From: an uncultured archaeon
GTDB taxonomy: Archaea; Asgardarchaeota; Lokiarchaeia; Sigyniarchaeales; SOKP01
Reading direction: 5' to 3'
Assembly: GCA_964583985.1 (NCBI GenBank)
Contig: CAZOYD010000069.1
Coordinates: forward strand, 1 to 16,470
DNA length: 16,470 bases
Shown: positions 8,998 to 16,470 of the stretch, one piece after another
Layout: every line of letters starts with the position of its first letter
Numbering within the stretch: position 1 is the stretch's first letter
Made by a program: the position numbers and the translations under genes
Notes under the pieces: generated by a model
What the model was told of the DNA's origin: nothing
Database searches by the model: none
Seen by the model: only the letters and a program-made list of their open reading frames with translations

Positions 8998-9045
8998 ATT
9001 TACCAAATAACTTATAATTTAACAAATAGAATCCAAATTAAAACC

Positions 9046-10149
9046 ATGCCGAACATTACGTCTCTAATATCTCAAAGAATTAAACCATCTTGTGCGGTAT
9101 GGGAAATCACGCTAAAATGTAATAGTAATTGCATCCATTGTGGATCAAAGGCGGGAAAATCTCGAATTGATGAACTCAATACCGAAGAATCTTTAAATTT
9201 AGTAAGAGAGATCCGTGATTGTGGTTATAAAGGAATCGCTTTGATGGGAGGAGAACCATTAATTAGGAGCGATTGGTATGATATTGCGAGAGAAATTAAA
9301 AAAAATAAGTTAGAATTATCAATTGTTACAAATGGACTGACTTTACTTGATAACATCAAAGAAATAAAAAGTCTAAAAGCTGACTGTGTATCGCTAAGTT
9401 TGGATGGTGGATCGGCTAAAGTCCACGATTATCTCAGAGGCATACCAGGGGCATTTGACAAAACATTAAATGCAATAACCCGGTTAAAAGAAGAAAAAAT
9501 ACCAGTCAGTGTTATTACAGCGGTAAGTAAAACTAATCTAAATGAATTAAATAAGATAAAAAAAATATTATTAGATCGAAATATTGCGTGGCAAATCCAG
9601 ATGGCAATCCCTATTGGACGCTTTCCAAGAGAATTAACGATTTCGAGGGAAGAATTTTACACTGTAGCATTATTCATTGCTATAAATGTCAAAAAGTATA
9701 CGTATAAACGATTACCAGTTATTGGGGCCCATTGTCTCGGTCATTTTTCAAGATTTATGCCAAATTTGGGGTTGGATCCATGGGTGGGATGCCAAGCTGG
9801 GTTATCAGTTTTAGGTATTCAGAGTAATGGAAACATAAAAGGATGTTTAACACTTCCTGATGGATTTATCGAAGGAAATATTAGAACGCAGAGCTTAAAA
9901 ACGATTTTGGAAAAGATAAGGTTAAAAAAAATAAAATTAAAAGGTTATTGCACAGATTGTGATATGGCAAGAATATGTCGGGGAGGATGTTTGGGATCAG
10001 CTTTAGCATTAAATGAATTTGATGAACCTTATTGTCTAAGAGCGATTGAAAATAATTTGTTTTCCTCGAAGCAGTTACCAATTAAAGGGAAATTGGATTC
10101 CACAATTTCAATATTAAAAAATATGTATCATAACTTAATATTCAAATAA
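9046..10149 (+). CDS. Radical SAM/SPASM domain protein (putative peptide or protein maturase)
   Basis: CNSNCIHC (CxxxCxxC), GGEP, VTNG and VSLSLDG. SPASM cysteines CQAG...GNIKGC...CTDCDMARICRGGC...YC. Confidence 0.93.
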   Translation: MPNITSLISQRIKPSCAVWEITLKCNSNCIHCGSKAGKSRIDELNTEESLNLVREIRDCGYKGIALMGGEPLIRSDWYDIAREIKKNKLELSIVTNGLTLLDNIKEIKSLKADCVSLSLDGGSAKVHDYLRGIPGAFDKTLNAITRLKEEKIPVSVITAVSKTNLNELNKIKKILLDRNIAWQIQMAIPIGRFPRELTISREEFYTVALFIAINVKKYTYKRLPVIGAHCLGHFSRFMPNLGLDPWVGCQAGLSVLGIQSNGNIKGCLTLPDGFIEGNIRTQSLKTILEKIRLKKIKLKGYCTDCDMARICRGGCLGSALALNEFDEPYCLRAIENNLFSSKQLPIKGKLDSTISILKNMYHNLIFK

Positions 10150-10183
10150 ATTAACTATAAAATTTAATGGAGATATCTTTGAA

Positions 10184-10432
10184 ATGTTTGAAAATATTAT
10201 TCAATTGAATAAAATCGGTAAAGAATTAGGTTTAAGTAAGAAAGAAATTAATAAAGTACTTTTATTTGACAATAGCAGGCATCCCTCATTATATAAAATC
10301 CTGATGATAATAATATTTGTTTTTGTGGGAGTTATCGTTATTATCTTAGGAATTGAAGCTTCAAGACATATTTATCCTGCTGGAACATTATATTCAACGG
10401 TAAAAATAAAGGATTTTAAAAGTAAAAAATAA
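10184..10432 (+). CDS. Small single-TM protein, paralog 1 (candidate radical SAM substrate/precursor)
   Basis: 82 aa, GGAG upstream. Shares IGKELGLSKKE and YxxGTxYSTVKxKD with the next two ORFs. Confidence 0.85.
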   Translation: MFENIIQLNKIGKELGLSKKEINKVLLFDNSRHPSLYKILMIIIFVFVGVIVIILGIEASRHIYPAGTLYSTVKIKDFKSKK

Positions 10433-10467
10433 GTGATAAATTTTAAATTGGGGTGAATATTGAGAAG

Positions 10468-10752
10468 ATGATGAAAGATATAATTCTGCTGTTTACGATC
10501 GGTAAAGAGTTGGGATTAAGCAAAAAAGAGATTAATAAATTACTGTTATTTGACAATAGTAAACATGCTTTATTATACACAAGTCTATTGAGAATAGCAT
10601 TTATCTTTTTTGGCGTCTTGATAATAATATTAGGAATAGGAGCCTCTAGAAATACTTATGCAGCGGGAACTTACTATTCTACTGTAAAAATAAAGGATTA
10701 TCACAAAAAAAAATGTTTAAATTTCAATAAGGAAGGAATATTGAGAAAATGA
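10468..10752 (+). CDS. Small single-TM protein, paralog 2 (start revised from GTG 10453 to ATG 10468; 12-aa C-terminal extension)
   Basis: From ATG 10468 it aligns without gaps to paralogs 1 and 3. The upstream GAATATTGAGAARATGATGAAAGAT is shared with paralog 3. Confidence 0.85.
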   Translation: MMKDIILLFTIGKELGLSKKEINKLLLFDNSKHALLYTSLLRIAFIFFGVLIIILGIGASRNTYAAGTYYSTVKIKDYHKKKCLNFNKEGILRK

Positions 10753-10997
10753 TGAAAGATTTGATCCAGCTATATGAAATCGGGAAAGAATTAGGATTAT
10801 CGAAAAAAGAAATGAACACGGTTTTATTCCATAATAATAATAAGAATAGAGTCATATTTCTGATTATTTTCATTATACTTTTCTCAAGTGTAGGTTATCT
10901 TTTGGTGTTCATTATTGAAACGGCGATATCTAACACCTATCCTAGTGGAACAAGATATTCAACTGTAAAATTAAAAGATTATTATAGAAAAAAATGA
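10749..10997 (+). CDS. Small single-TM protein, paralog 3
   Basis: 82 aa with the same motifs. ATGA overlaps with both neighbouring genes. Confidence 0.85.
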   Translation: MMKDLIQLYEIGKELGLSKKEMNTVLFHNNNKNRVIFLIIFIILFSSVGYLLVFIIETAISNTYPSGTRYSTVKLKDYYRKK

Positions 10998-12292
10998 AAC
11001 TGAATATTGGTTGCGGAAAAAAATACGATCCCAATTATTGTAATATTGATTTATATGAAGATTTAGTGGCTGATAGGTTGATGTCAGCGCTTAACCTTGA
11101 ATTTGATGACAATTCGTGTGATGAAATAAAAGCGATCCATGTGATTGAACACTTAAATTTTTTTGAAGCTATTTATGCTCTCAGTGATTTTTTTAGGGTA
11201 CTGGAACCTAATGGAAAATTAATCCTTGAAACACCTGATCTTGAGAAAGCGTGCCAGCATTATTTAAAAGCAAATGAAGAACAGAAAAAAGAGATATTAG
11301 GTTGGTTATATGGAATACCTCATAAAGGTTTACAGCATAAATTATGTTTTCCCCCGTTCCTCTTAATCGAATTATTAGAAAATACAGGATTCGAAAATAT
11401 TACAACCTCTAATTTTTATAACGTTGAGGATATTCCCTCAGTTCGATTTGAATGTTATAAATGTAGGAATGGTAATGAATTTGAAGTGTTTCAAATTATT
11501 TCTAAACTCCGTAAGGAGCTCCGCTTAAACAATCAAATAGATTTTACTGATTCTTTCATTACTAAAGAGCAAGAAGATCTTGTATCTTTCATAGCATTAA
11601 AGCTACTTGGGTTTAAAAAAAAACAAAAAAAAGAGTTAAAACAGGAACTTTTTGTCGATTTGTTGTTTAAATGGCCTGAAGTCGTTAGCACCTTATTATC
11701 AGTTATCCAAAATGAGATTTATATCTCTCAAGTGGAATACTTACACATTAAAGAAATATCGGATCTTTTGGTCAAATATAATATCGTAAATATACTTTTT
11801 AATTCAATAACTAAAGGACCTTTAAATCCCGGATTGCAAAGAATTGTCTTTTTTTCAGTAGAATCGTTTGCGAGGAAATTAATAGAAAATCTTTTGAATT
11901 CTGTTGAAAATCGGGAAAATCTCATTGAAAACCTTAAAATGCTACATGATTCTCCTAAAGATTTTAATAATAAAATATTCTCAGCCAACTTAATTGAGAG
12001 AAAAGCGTTAGACTTTTATTATCTCGGAATTAAATCTTATCATCAAAAAAATTATAATTATGCTCATAATTTATTTTTGCGAGCGATTAAATTAAATCGA
12101 GATAATTATTTATTTTTCTGGAATTTAAGTAAAACATTAGCAAGATTAAAATCATATAATCAATCAGAAAAAATATACAAGAAGACATTACGTCTAATAA
12201 AAATGACTGACATTAAAAATAAACAAGATTTAAAATCGCAAATCCAACAGGAATTAAATTGGATCAAAAAACGGATGGAAAATAAGCCTTAA
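10994..12292 (+). CDS. Class I SAM-dependent methyltransferase-like domain (Methyltransf_11-like) fused to a helical middle region and C-terminal TPR repeats
   Basis: KLNIGCG motif I, NIDL, DEIKAIHVIEHL and RVLEPNGKLILETPD. TPR-like FYYLGIKSYHQKNYNYAHNLFLRAIKLN and FFWNLSKTLARLKSYNQSEKIYKKTL. Confidence 0.85.
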   Translation: MKLNIGCGKKYDPNYCNIDLYEDLVADRLMSALNLEFDDNSCDEIKAIHVIEHLNFFEAIYALSDFFRVLEPNGKLILETPDLEKACQHYLKANEEQKKEILGWLYGIPHKGLQHKLCFPPFLLIELLENTGFENITTSNFYNVEDIPSVRFECYKCRNGNEFEVFQIISKLRKELRLNNQIDFTDSFITKEQEDLVSFIALKLLGFKKKQKKELKQELFVDLLFKWPEVVSTLLSVIQNEIYISQVEYLHIKEISDLLVKYNIVNILFNSITKGPLNPGLQRIVFFSVESFARKLIENLLNSVENRENLIENLKMLHDSPKDFNNKIFSANLIERKALDFYYLGIKSYHQKNYNYAHNLFLRAIKLNRDNYLFFWNLSKTLARLKSYNQSEKIYKKTLRLIKMTDIKNKQDLKSQIQQELNWIKKRMENKP

Positions 12293-12468
12293 GTTCAACT
12301 CTCTCCTGGAAAGACAGCACTGAAGATTTATTTCCTTATTGAATTTTTAATGAGATGATCCAACCTTGAAATTTCCTCTATAATATTTTAGTCCAATTCT
12401 AATCTAATATTTCACGTAATTCATAGGATAAAAAAGAGATTGACTAAAATTATTAGTTGAAATCCCAT

Positions 12469-12531
12469 TTTCCATCAATTTGTTTCATGTAAATTAGTTA
12501 ATGATAAGTTATTTGGAGAAAGTTTAAATAT
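12469..12531 (+). promoter_or_regulatory. Conserved 63-bp upstream element, copy 1, ending in BRE/TATA-like GAGAAAGTTTAAATA
   Basis: 59/63 identical to 13822-13884 by manual alignment. It ends about 150 nt upstream of GTPase 1. Confidence 0.75.
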
Positions 12532-12682
12532 CAAAAGTTTTTTATTATTTTTGCTCAATGAGCTATTTAAAACGAAGGTTATAGAGATAAATTCCTATAT
12601 TGAGCATTAGTTGTGTGGCTGAAAACTTATAGTTTCAAGCATATCAAGTTAATAATAGGAAAAAATGTTAAATTAGATTAAA

Positions 12683-13204
12683 ATGTATGACGCGATTTTT
12701 AAAACTGTCATTTTTGGGGACGCAGGTTCTGGTAAGACAACTCTAACTAAACGTTTTGTTACCGATTTCTTTATACCTGATTCTCACATGACTATAGGAG
12801 TGGAATTTGAAACTAAAATTGTCGAAATCGATGATATACGAGTTAAATTAATGATATGGGATTTTGGTGGTGAAGAACGATTTCGATTTATCTTTCCCCA
12901 ATATATCCAAGGAGCCATGGGAGGAATTTTAATGTGTGATATCACAGATTATTCTTCTTTTTCTCATACTATTGATTGGTTATCAGTCATGAATGGCGAA
13001 AAAGAGCGTTTCCCTATCTTATTACTCGGAGGTAAAAAGGATTTAAATGAATCCCGAGATATCTCTTTTAATGAGGGAAAACAACTTGCAAACTCAATAG
13101 GTCTAAATAAATATATTGAATGTTCCAGCAAAACCGGTGAGAATGTCGAAATATCGTTTGAAGTGTTAACGAGAATAATGGTTAACAAAATGAGAGAAGA
13201 GTGA
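12683..13204 (+). CDS. Rab/Ras-superfamily small GTPase, paralog 1
   Basis: G1 GDAGSGKT, G2 TIGVEF, G3 WDFGGEERF, G4 variant GGKKD, G5 CSSK. No C-terminal prenylation cysteines. Confidence 0.95.
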   Translation: MYDAIFKTVIFGDAGSGKTTLTKRFVTDFFIPDSHMTIGVEFETKIVEIDDIRVKLMIWDFGGEERFRFIFPQYIQGAMGGILMCDITDYSSFSHTIDWLSVMNGEKERFPILLLGGKKDLNESRDISFNEGKQLANSIGLNKYIECSSKTGENVEISFEVLTRIMVNKMREE

Positions 13205-13401
13205 TGAAATAAAAAAAGAAATAATAGTGTAATCTCCTTGACTTATGCCTTAAAAATATCATGACTCTTACGATTATGATTTCAAATTAGATTAAAAATT
13301 TCTATTCTGACTTCTTTGCTTTTTACTGAGAATGATTGCTGTAACTAATAAAAGACTAATTAAAAAAAATAAATTATATCCCAAAATAAGATTATTATTA
13401 A

Positions 13402-13662
13402 TATAATCAGGAAGATCATTGTGGGGGAGGTCACATGCTTCAAGAAGAATTTAATATTCCTGTGTTTGCGAGTAAATTGGCAATCTCATTGTTGATGAAA
13501 GAGAAGCATTATCCCGATTACCGTCAAATGACTTTGGGTAAAGATTCTCAACCGTTTCAAGCTGAAACATTAAAATAATCGATAAGTTCAAAGACAGGCG
13601 CATTTATTTTTGATATTATTAAAAACATAATAGTATCATTACTCGAATGGTCTACGGATTAA
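13402..13662 (+). pseudogene. Decayed fragment of a metallo-beta-lactamase-fold hydrolase gene
   Basis: The frame reads YNQEDHCGGGHMLQEEFNIPVFASKLAISLLMKEKHYPDYRQMTLGKDSQPFQAETLK*SISSKTGAFIFDII, resembling a degenerate HxHxDHxGG motif followed by IPVFAS. There is an upstream in-frame stop, an internal stop at 13576-13578, and no proper start before the motif. Confidence 0.6.
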
Positions 13663-13821
13663 ATGCATATTCACGTATTCTTTTTAGTCTCTCAATTCTC
13701 TGTATATCAAAATAGTGCATAATAATACACCCAAGGATGCAAAATTAAACACTCGAAGTAAAATAGTTTAATTTTGAAGCATAAAAATGAAATATACTAA
13801 ATGAATTGATTTGATTATCAC

Positions 13822-13884
13822 TTTCCATCAATTATTTTCATGTAAATTAGTTAATGATAAATTATTTAGAGAAAGTTTAAATAT
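13822..13884 (+). promoter_or_regulatory. Conserved 63-bp upstream element, copy 2
   Basis: 59/63 identical to 12469-12531. It ends about 170 nt upstream of GTPase 2. Confidence 0.75.
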
Positions 13885-14053
13885 TTGTAGCTATTTTTCC
13901 TTTTCAAACTATCATCCCATCCTAAAAAAATTCTTAGTTATATAATTGCAAGACTAAGATTAAATTTTTTCTTAAGCATAAATTGTGAGCTGAAATGTTA
14001 TATTTTTAAATATTTAAGATGAAACCCCAGAAAAAATAGTAAATTAGATTAAA

Positions 14054-14572
14054 ATGTATGACTTGATTTTTAAAATCGTTATTTGCGGAGACGCGGGTTG
14101 TGGTAAAACAACTTTAAATAAGCGTTTTATTAAAGATTTATTTCTCCCCGATTCTCACATGACTATAGGGGTAGAATTTGAAACTAAAATCATCGAAGTC
14201 GATGAAAAACGCGTTAATCTCATGATCTGGGATTTTGGTGGTGAAGAACGATTTCGAACATTATTTCCTCAATATATCCAAGGAGCCATGGGAGGAATTT
14301 TAATGTATGATATTACGGATTATTCCTCATTTTCCCATATTAGTGATTGGCTCTCAATTTTACAGGAAAACAAAAAAAATATCCCCATCTTATTACTAGG
14401 TGGTAAATTAGATTTAGAACAATCTAGAGCAATTTCTTTTAAAGAAGCTAAACGACTTGCGGAATCAATGGGCTTGAATAACATCATGGAATGTTCCAGT
14501 AAAACCGGTGAAAATGTGGAAAGTTCATTTAAAGAATTAACGAGAATGATTATCCATAATTTGAAGAAATGA
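14054..14572 (+). CDS. Rab/Ras-superfamily small GTPase, paralog 2 (about 71% aa identical to paralog 1 by hand count)
   Basis: G1 GDAGCGKT, G2 TIGVEF, G3 WDFGGEERF, G4 variant GGKLD, G5 CSSK. Confidence 0.95.
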   Translation: MYDLIFKIVICGDAGCGKTTLNKRFIKDLFLPDSHMTIGVEFETKIIEVDEKRVNLMIWDFGGEERFRTLFPQYIQGAMGGILMYDITDYSSFSHISDWLSILQENKKNIPILLLGGKLDLEQSRAISFKEAKRLAESMGLNNIMECSSKTGENVESSFKELTRMIIHNLKK

Positions 14573-14678
14573 GAATAAAATCCATTTATAACAGATTAAT
14601 TTAAAGAAGAAATTTAATTTGTTGGTATAATTATTGAATACCAAAGAAAATAAAAAGATCCTTGTCTATCTTATTCAT

Positions 14679-15206
14679 ATGAAGCGAAGATCAATCATTA
14701 TAGTGATGATCTTATTTGTATTTTTGTATTCTGAATTTATTCAGTCTGTTCATGGAAATCCAGTTGTTATTAGGCCAGGGGACCCATTAAAAGTTCCCGG
14801 TTTTGCTCTTAGCGTGTTTATAATCATGTTCTTTATAGGATCATGGGTGGAGTACGCTTATTTTAATATAATGTTTTATAAAAAAATTAAAGCTAATTAT
14901 AGTTCGAAGTACCATTATAGATTATTTTTAAAAATTAATCTCGTGACTTTTCCCTTAACCCAAATCCTAGCCTATTTTTTTTACATCTATTTCTCGCAAT
15001 ACTTTTGGATATCCATCCTTCTCATAGAGATTGGAGTTGTTTTCATTGAATTTTTTTTGTTAAGAATTGAATTGCATAAAGCGATTAATGTAGAAATGCC
15101 CTCAAAATTAGTTTTTATAAGTAGCTTTTTTGCTAATGTTCTTTCTTTTTTCATTGGTTTTCCATTATTATTAAATTTAGGTATTGGTCATTTATCCCCG
15201 TTATAA
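14679..15206 (+). CDS. Hypothetical multi-pass membrane protein with a signal-peptide-like N-terminus (probable start ATG 14679)
   Basis: MKRRSIIIVMILFVFLYSEFIQSVHG-NPV followed by about four hydrophobic segments containing E/N residues (WVEY, INLVT, IEIGVVFIEF, ANVLS). Confidence 0.7.
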   Translation: MKRRSIIIVMILFVFLYSEFIQSVHGNPVVIRPGDPLKVPGFALSVFIIMFFIGSWVEYAYFNIMFYKKIKANYSSKYHYRLFLKINLVTFPLTQILAYFFYIYFSQYFWISILLIEIGVVFIEFFLLRIELHKAINVEMPSKLVFISSFFANVLSFFIGFPLLLNLGIGHLSPL

Positions 15207-15211
15207 TTAAT

Positions 15212-16095
15212 TTAATCTATCCTTTTCTCGATTTCCTTTTTATTTTTTAATATCAATATAACGGTTATTAGTGAAATTAAACCTGAAATTCCCATTACAC
15301 TGAAGAGAAGATAGTCATCGATTTCCAAATCGCTTCCGAATTTGGGAGGGACCCCCCCATTTACGGGATTTTTAACTAATATTACGCATCCATACTTGAT
15401 ATCCCATCTATTATAATATACGCAATTACTGAAAAAATAGATATTATTTTCTGAATCTATAATTAACGATAGCGGGTATAGAATATAAGTGCCACCACCC
15501 CAATTAATTTTTGAAATGAGATTTCCCGTCTTATTAATTTTTAGCAATGAAACATGCCCTAAATAAGGAGTAAGGACTTGAATATTTTCTTGCATGTCTT
15601 TAGCAAGTATCGGAATGGTATGATATGGGTAGGAAGATGAAACGTAACCAGTTAAGCTGAAATTCCATTGAAGATTTAAATCCAGATCATAATAATATAA
15701 CCTAAAATTATCCTGAAGGTCAGCAATCACAATACTGTCTCCCAGAAACTAACTCAAATCATAAGAAACATAAAGAAATTCGTTCATTAGTATTTCCTTT
15801 AATATAGTTCCTGAAATATTAAAGCATGATACATATAAAGTAGAAAATAGTACTGGAGCTCCGATAAAGTAAAGAGATCCGTTAATTAATTCACATTTAG
15901 GCTTAATACCATTAAATTCTTCCTCTTTTACGATTAACGACCAAGAATCGGAAGTTGATGACGCGATAGGGTGATCCCGATCTCGTACTTCGTTAATCTG
16001 AAGGAAATTTCCCGATGTAAGTACGCTGCTGATGATTATTAAGCTCGCAATGAGCTTTTTCCAAACGAATTTTTTTATGGGAAAGGTTTTTGCAT
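15212..16095 (-). pseudogene. Disrupted secreted/surface protein gene with beta-propeller-like repeats and a C-terminal TM anchor; the annotated 15212-15730 ORF is only its 3' part
   Basis: The same frame continues upstream through one in-frame TAG (15749-15751) for over 100 codons to a signal-peptide-like KKFVWKKLIASLIIISSVLTSG. The ATG at 16095 is one base out of frame, at an A5 run. Confidence 0.7.
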
Positions 16096-16181
16096 TATGG
16101 TTAATATTTCTAATTTATTTTGTGTTTTTATAAAATTTATTGTGTTTAAAATGAAAGAAGGAAACATGAATAGAGCATTTT

Positions 16182-16394
16182 TCAGCGCAATTCTTTTGAC
16201 TCATCAAGCAAAATCGGTAAATTCTCCTTGGTATCATTGATAAAGAGATTTAAATGCCCATTATTGTCTGCCCAATCATTTATCTCGTATGCAATACCAA
16301 AATTTGAAGAGAGATCTAAAAAGACAGATACATCCTTATTTGAATCAAATGATTTCAAGATTTCCTTTAATTCTTTAACTAGCATGGGAATCAT
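16182..16394 (-). CDS. Small hypothetical protein (start ATG 16394 or 16385)
   Basis: Plausible amphipathic N-terminus MLVKELKEILKSFD and AT-rich upstream sequence. No recognisable catalytic motif. Confidence 0.5.
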   Translation of the reverse strand: MIPMLVKELKEILKSFDSNKDVSVFLDLSSNFGIAYEINDWADNNGHLNLFINDTKENLPILLDESKELR

Positions 16395-16470
16395 GATTAA
16401 AATTATTATTCTAAAATTATAATGAAAATATTTAAAGAAAAATGCATTTGCGATTTAACCAAAATAAATA

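Noticed and set aside
10214-10260. IGKELGLSKKEIN resembles an HTH or death-domain helix pair
   Set aside because: The segment is too short for either complete fold and is followed by a TM helix. It is treated only as a conserved helical leader.
9881-13188. Antisense ORFs 9881-10081, 11728-11988 and 12964-13188
   Set aside because: They lie opposite the rSAM, methyltransferase and GTPase genes and have no independent coding signal.
13202-13207. TGA stops (GTPases, peptides) as possible selenocysteine codons
   Set aside because: They fall at the expected protein ends by paralog alignment, no downstream coding continuation is evident and no SECIS-like hairpin was recognised.
16228-16422. Plus-strand 64-aa ORF
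   Set aside because: It overlaps the more protein-like minus-strand ORF 16182-16394 and reads like its antisense shadow.

Overview
AT-rich archaeal DNA, very likely from an Asgard archaeon (Lokiarchaeia/Promethearchaeota-like). This is inferred from two Rab-like small GTPases with WDFGGEERF and a surface protein ending in an IPGY + transmembrane + basic-tail (Loki-CTERM-like) anchor. In order, the window holds: the probable first codons of a gene running off the left edge; a 1170-aa family-5 solute-binding protein fused to Ig/FN3-like and CARDB-like domains; a MoxR AAA+ ATPase whose stop codon is followed in frame by a diverged second copy of its own 3' end; a membrane-anchored C1q/TNF-like protein; an MscL with the helical-bundle motif at the N-terminus; a beta-helix + beta-propeller surface protein; a compact operon; two tandem small GTPases with a decayed metallo-beta-lactamase-fold gene between them; a membrane protein; a disrupted surface-protein gene; and a small hypothetical ORF. 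The operon encodes a radical SAM/SPASM enzyme, three gap-free colinear 82-aa membrane peptides and a methyltransferase-TPR protein. It is the best candidate for an undescribed system, a putative Asgard RiPP-like peptide-modification cluster. It shares an upstream DNA motif with both GTPase genes. No rRNA, tRNA, CRISPR array or transposase was seen. All calls come from reading motifs by eye; no database searches were run.
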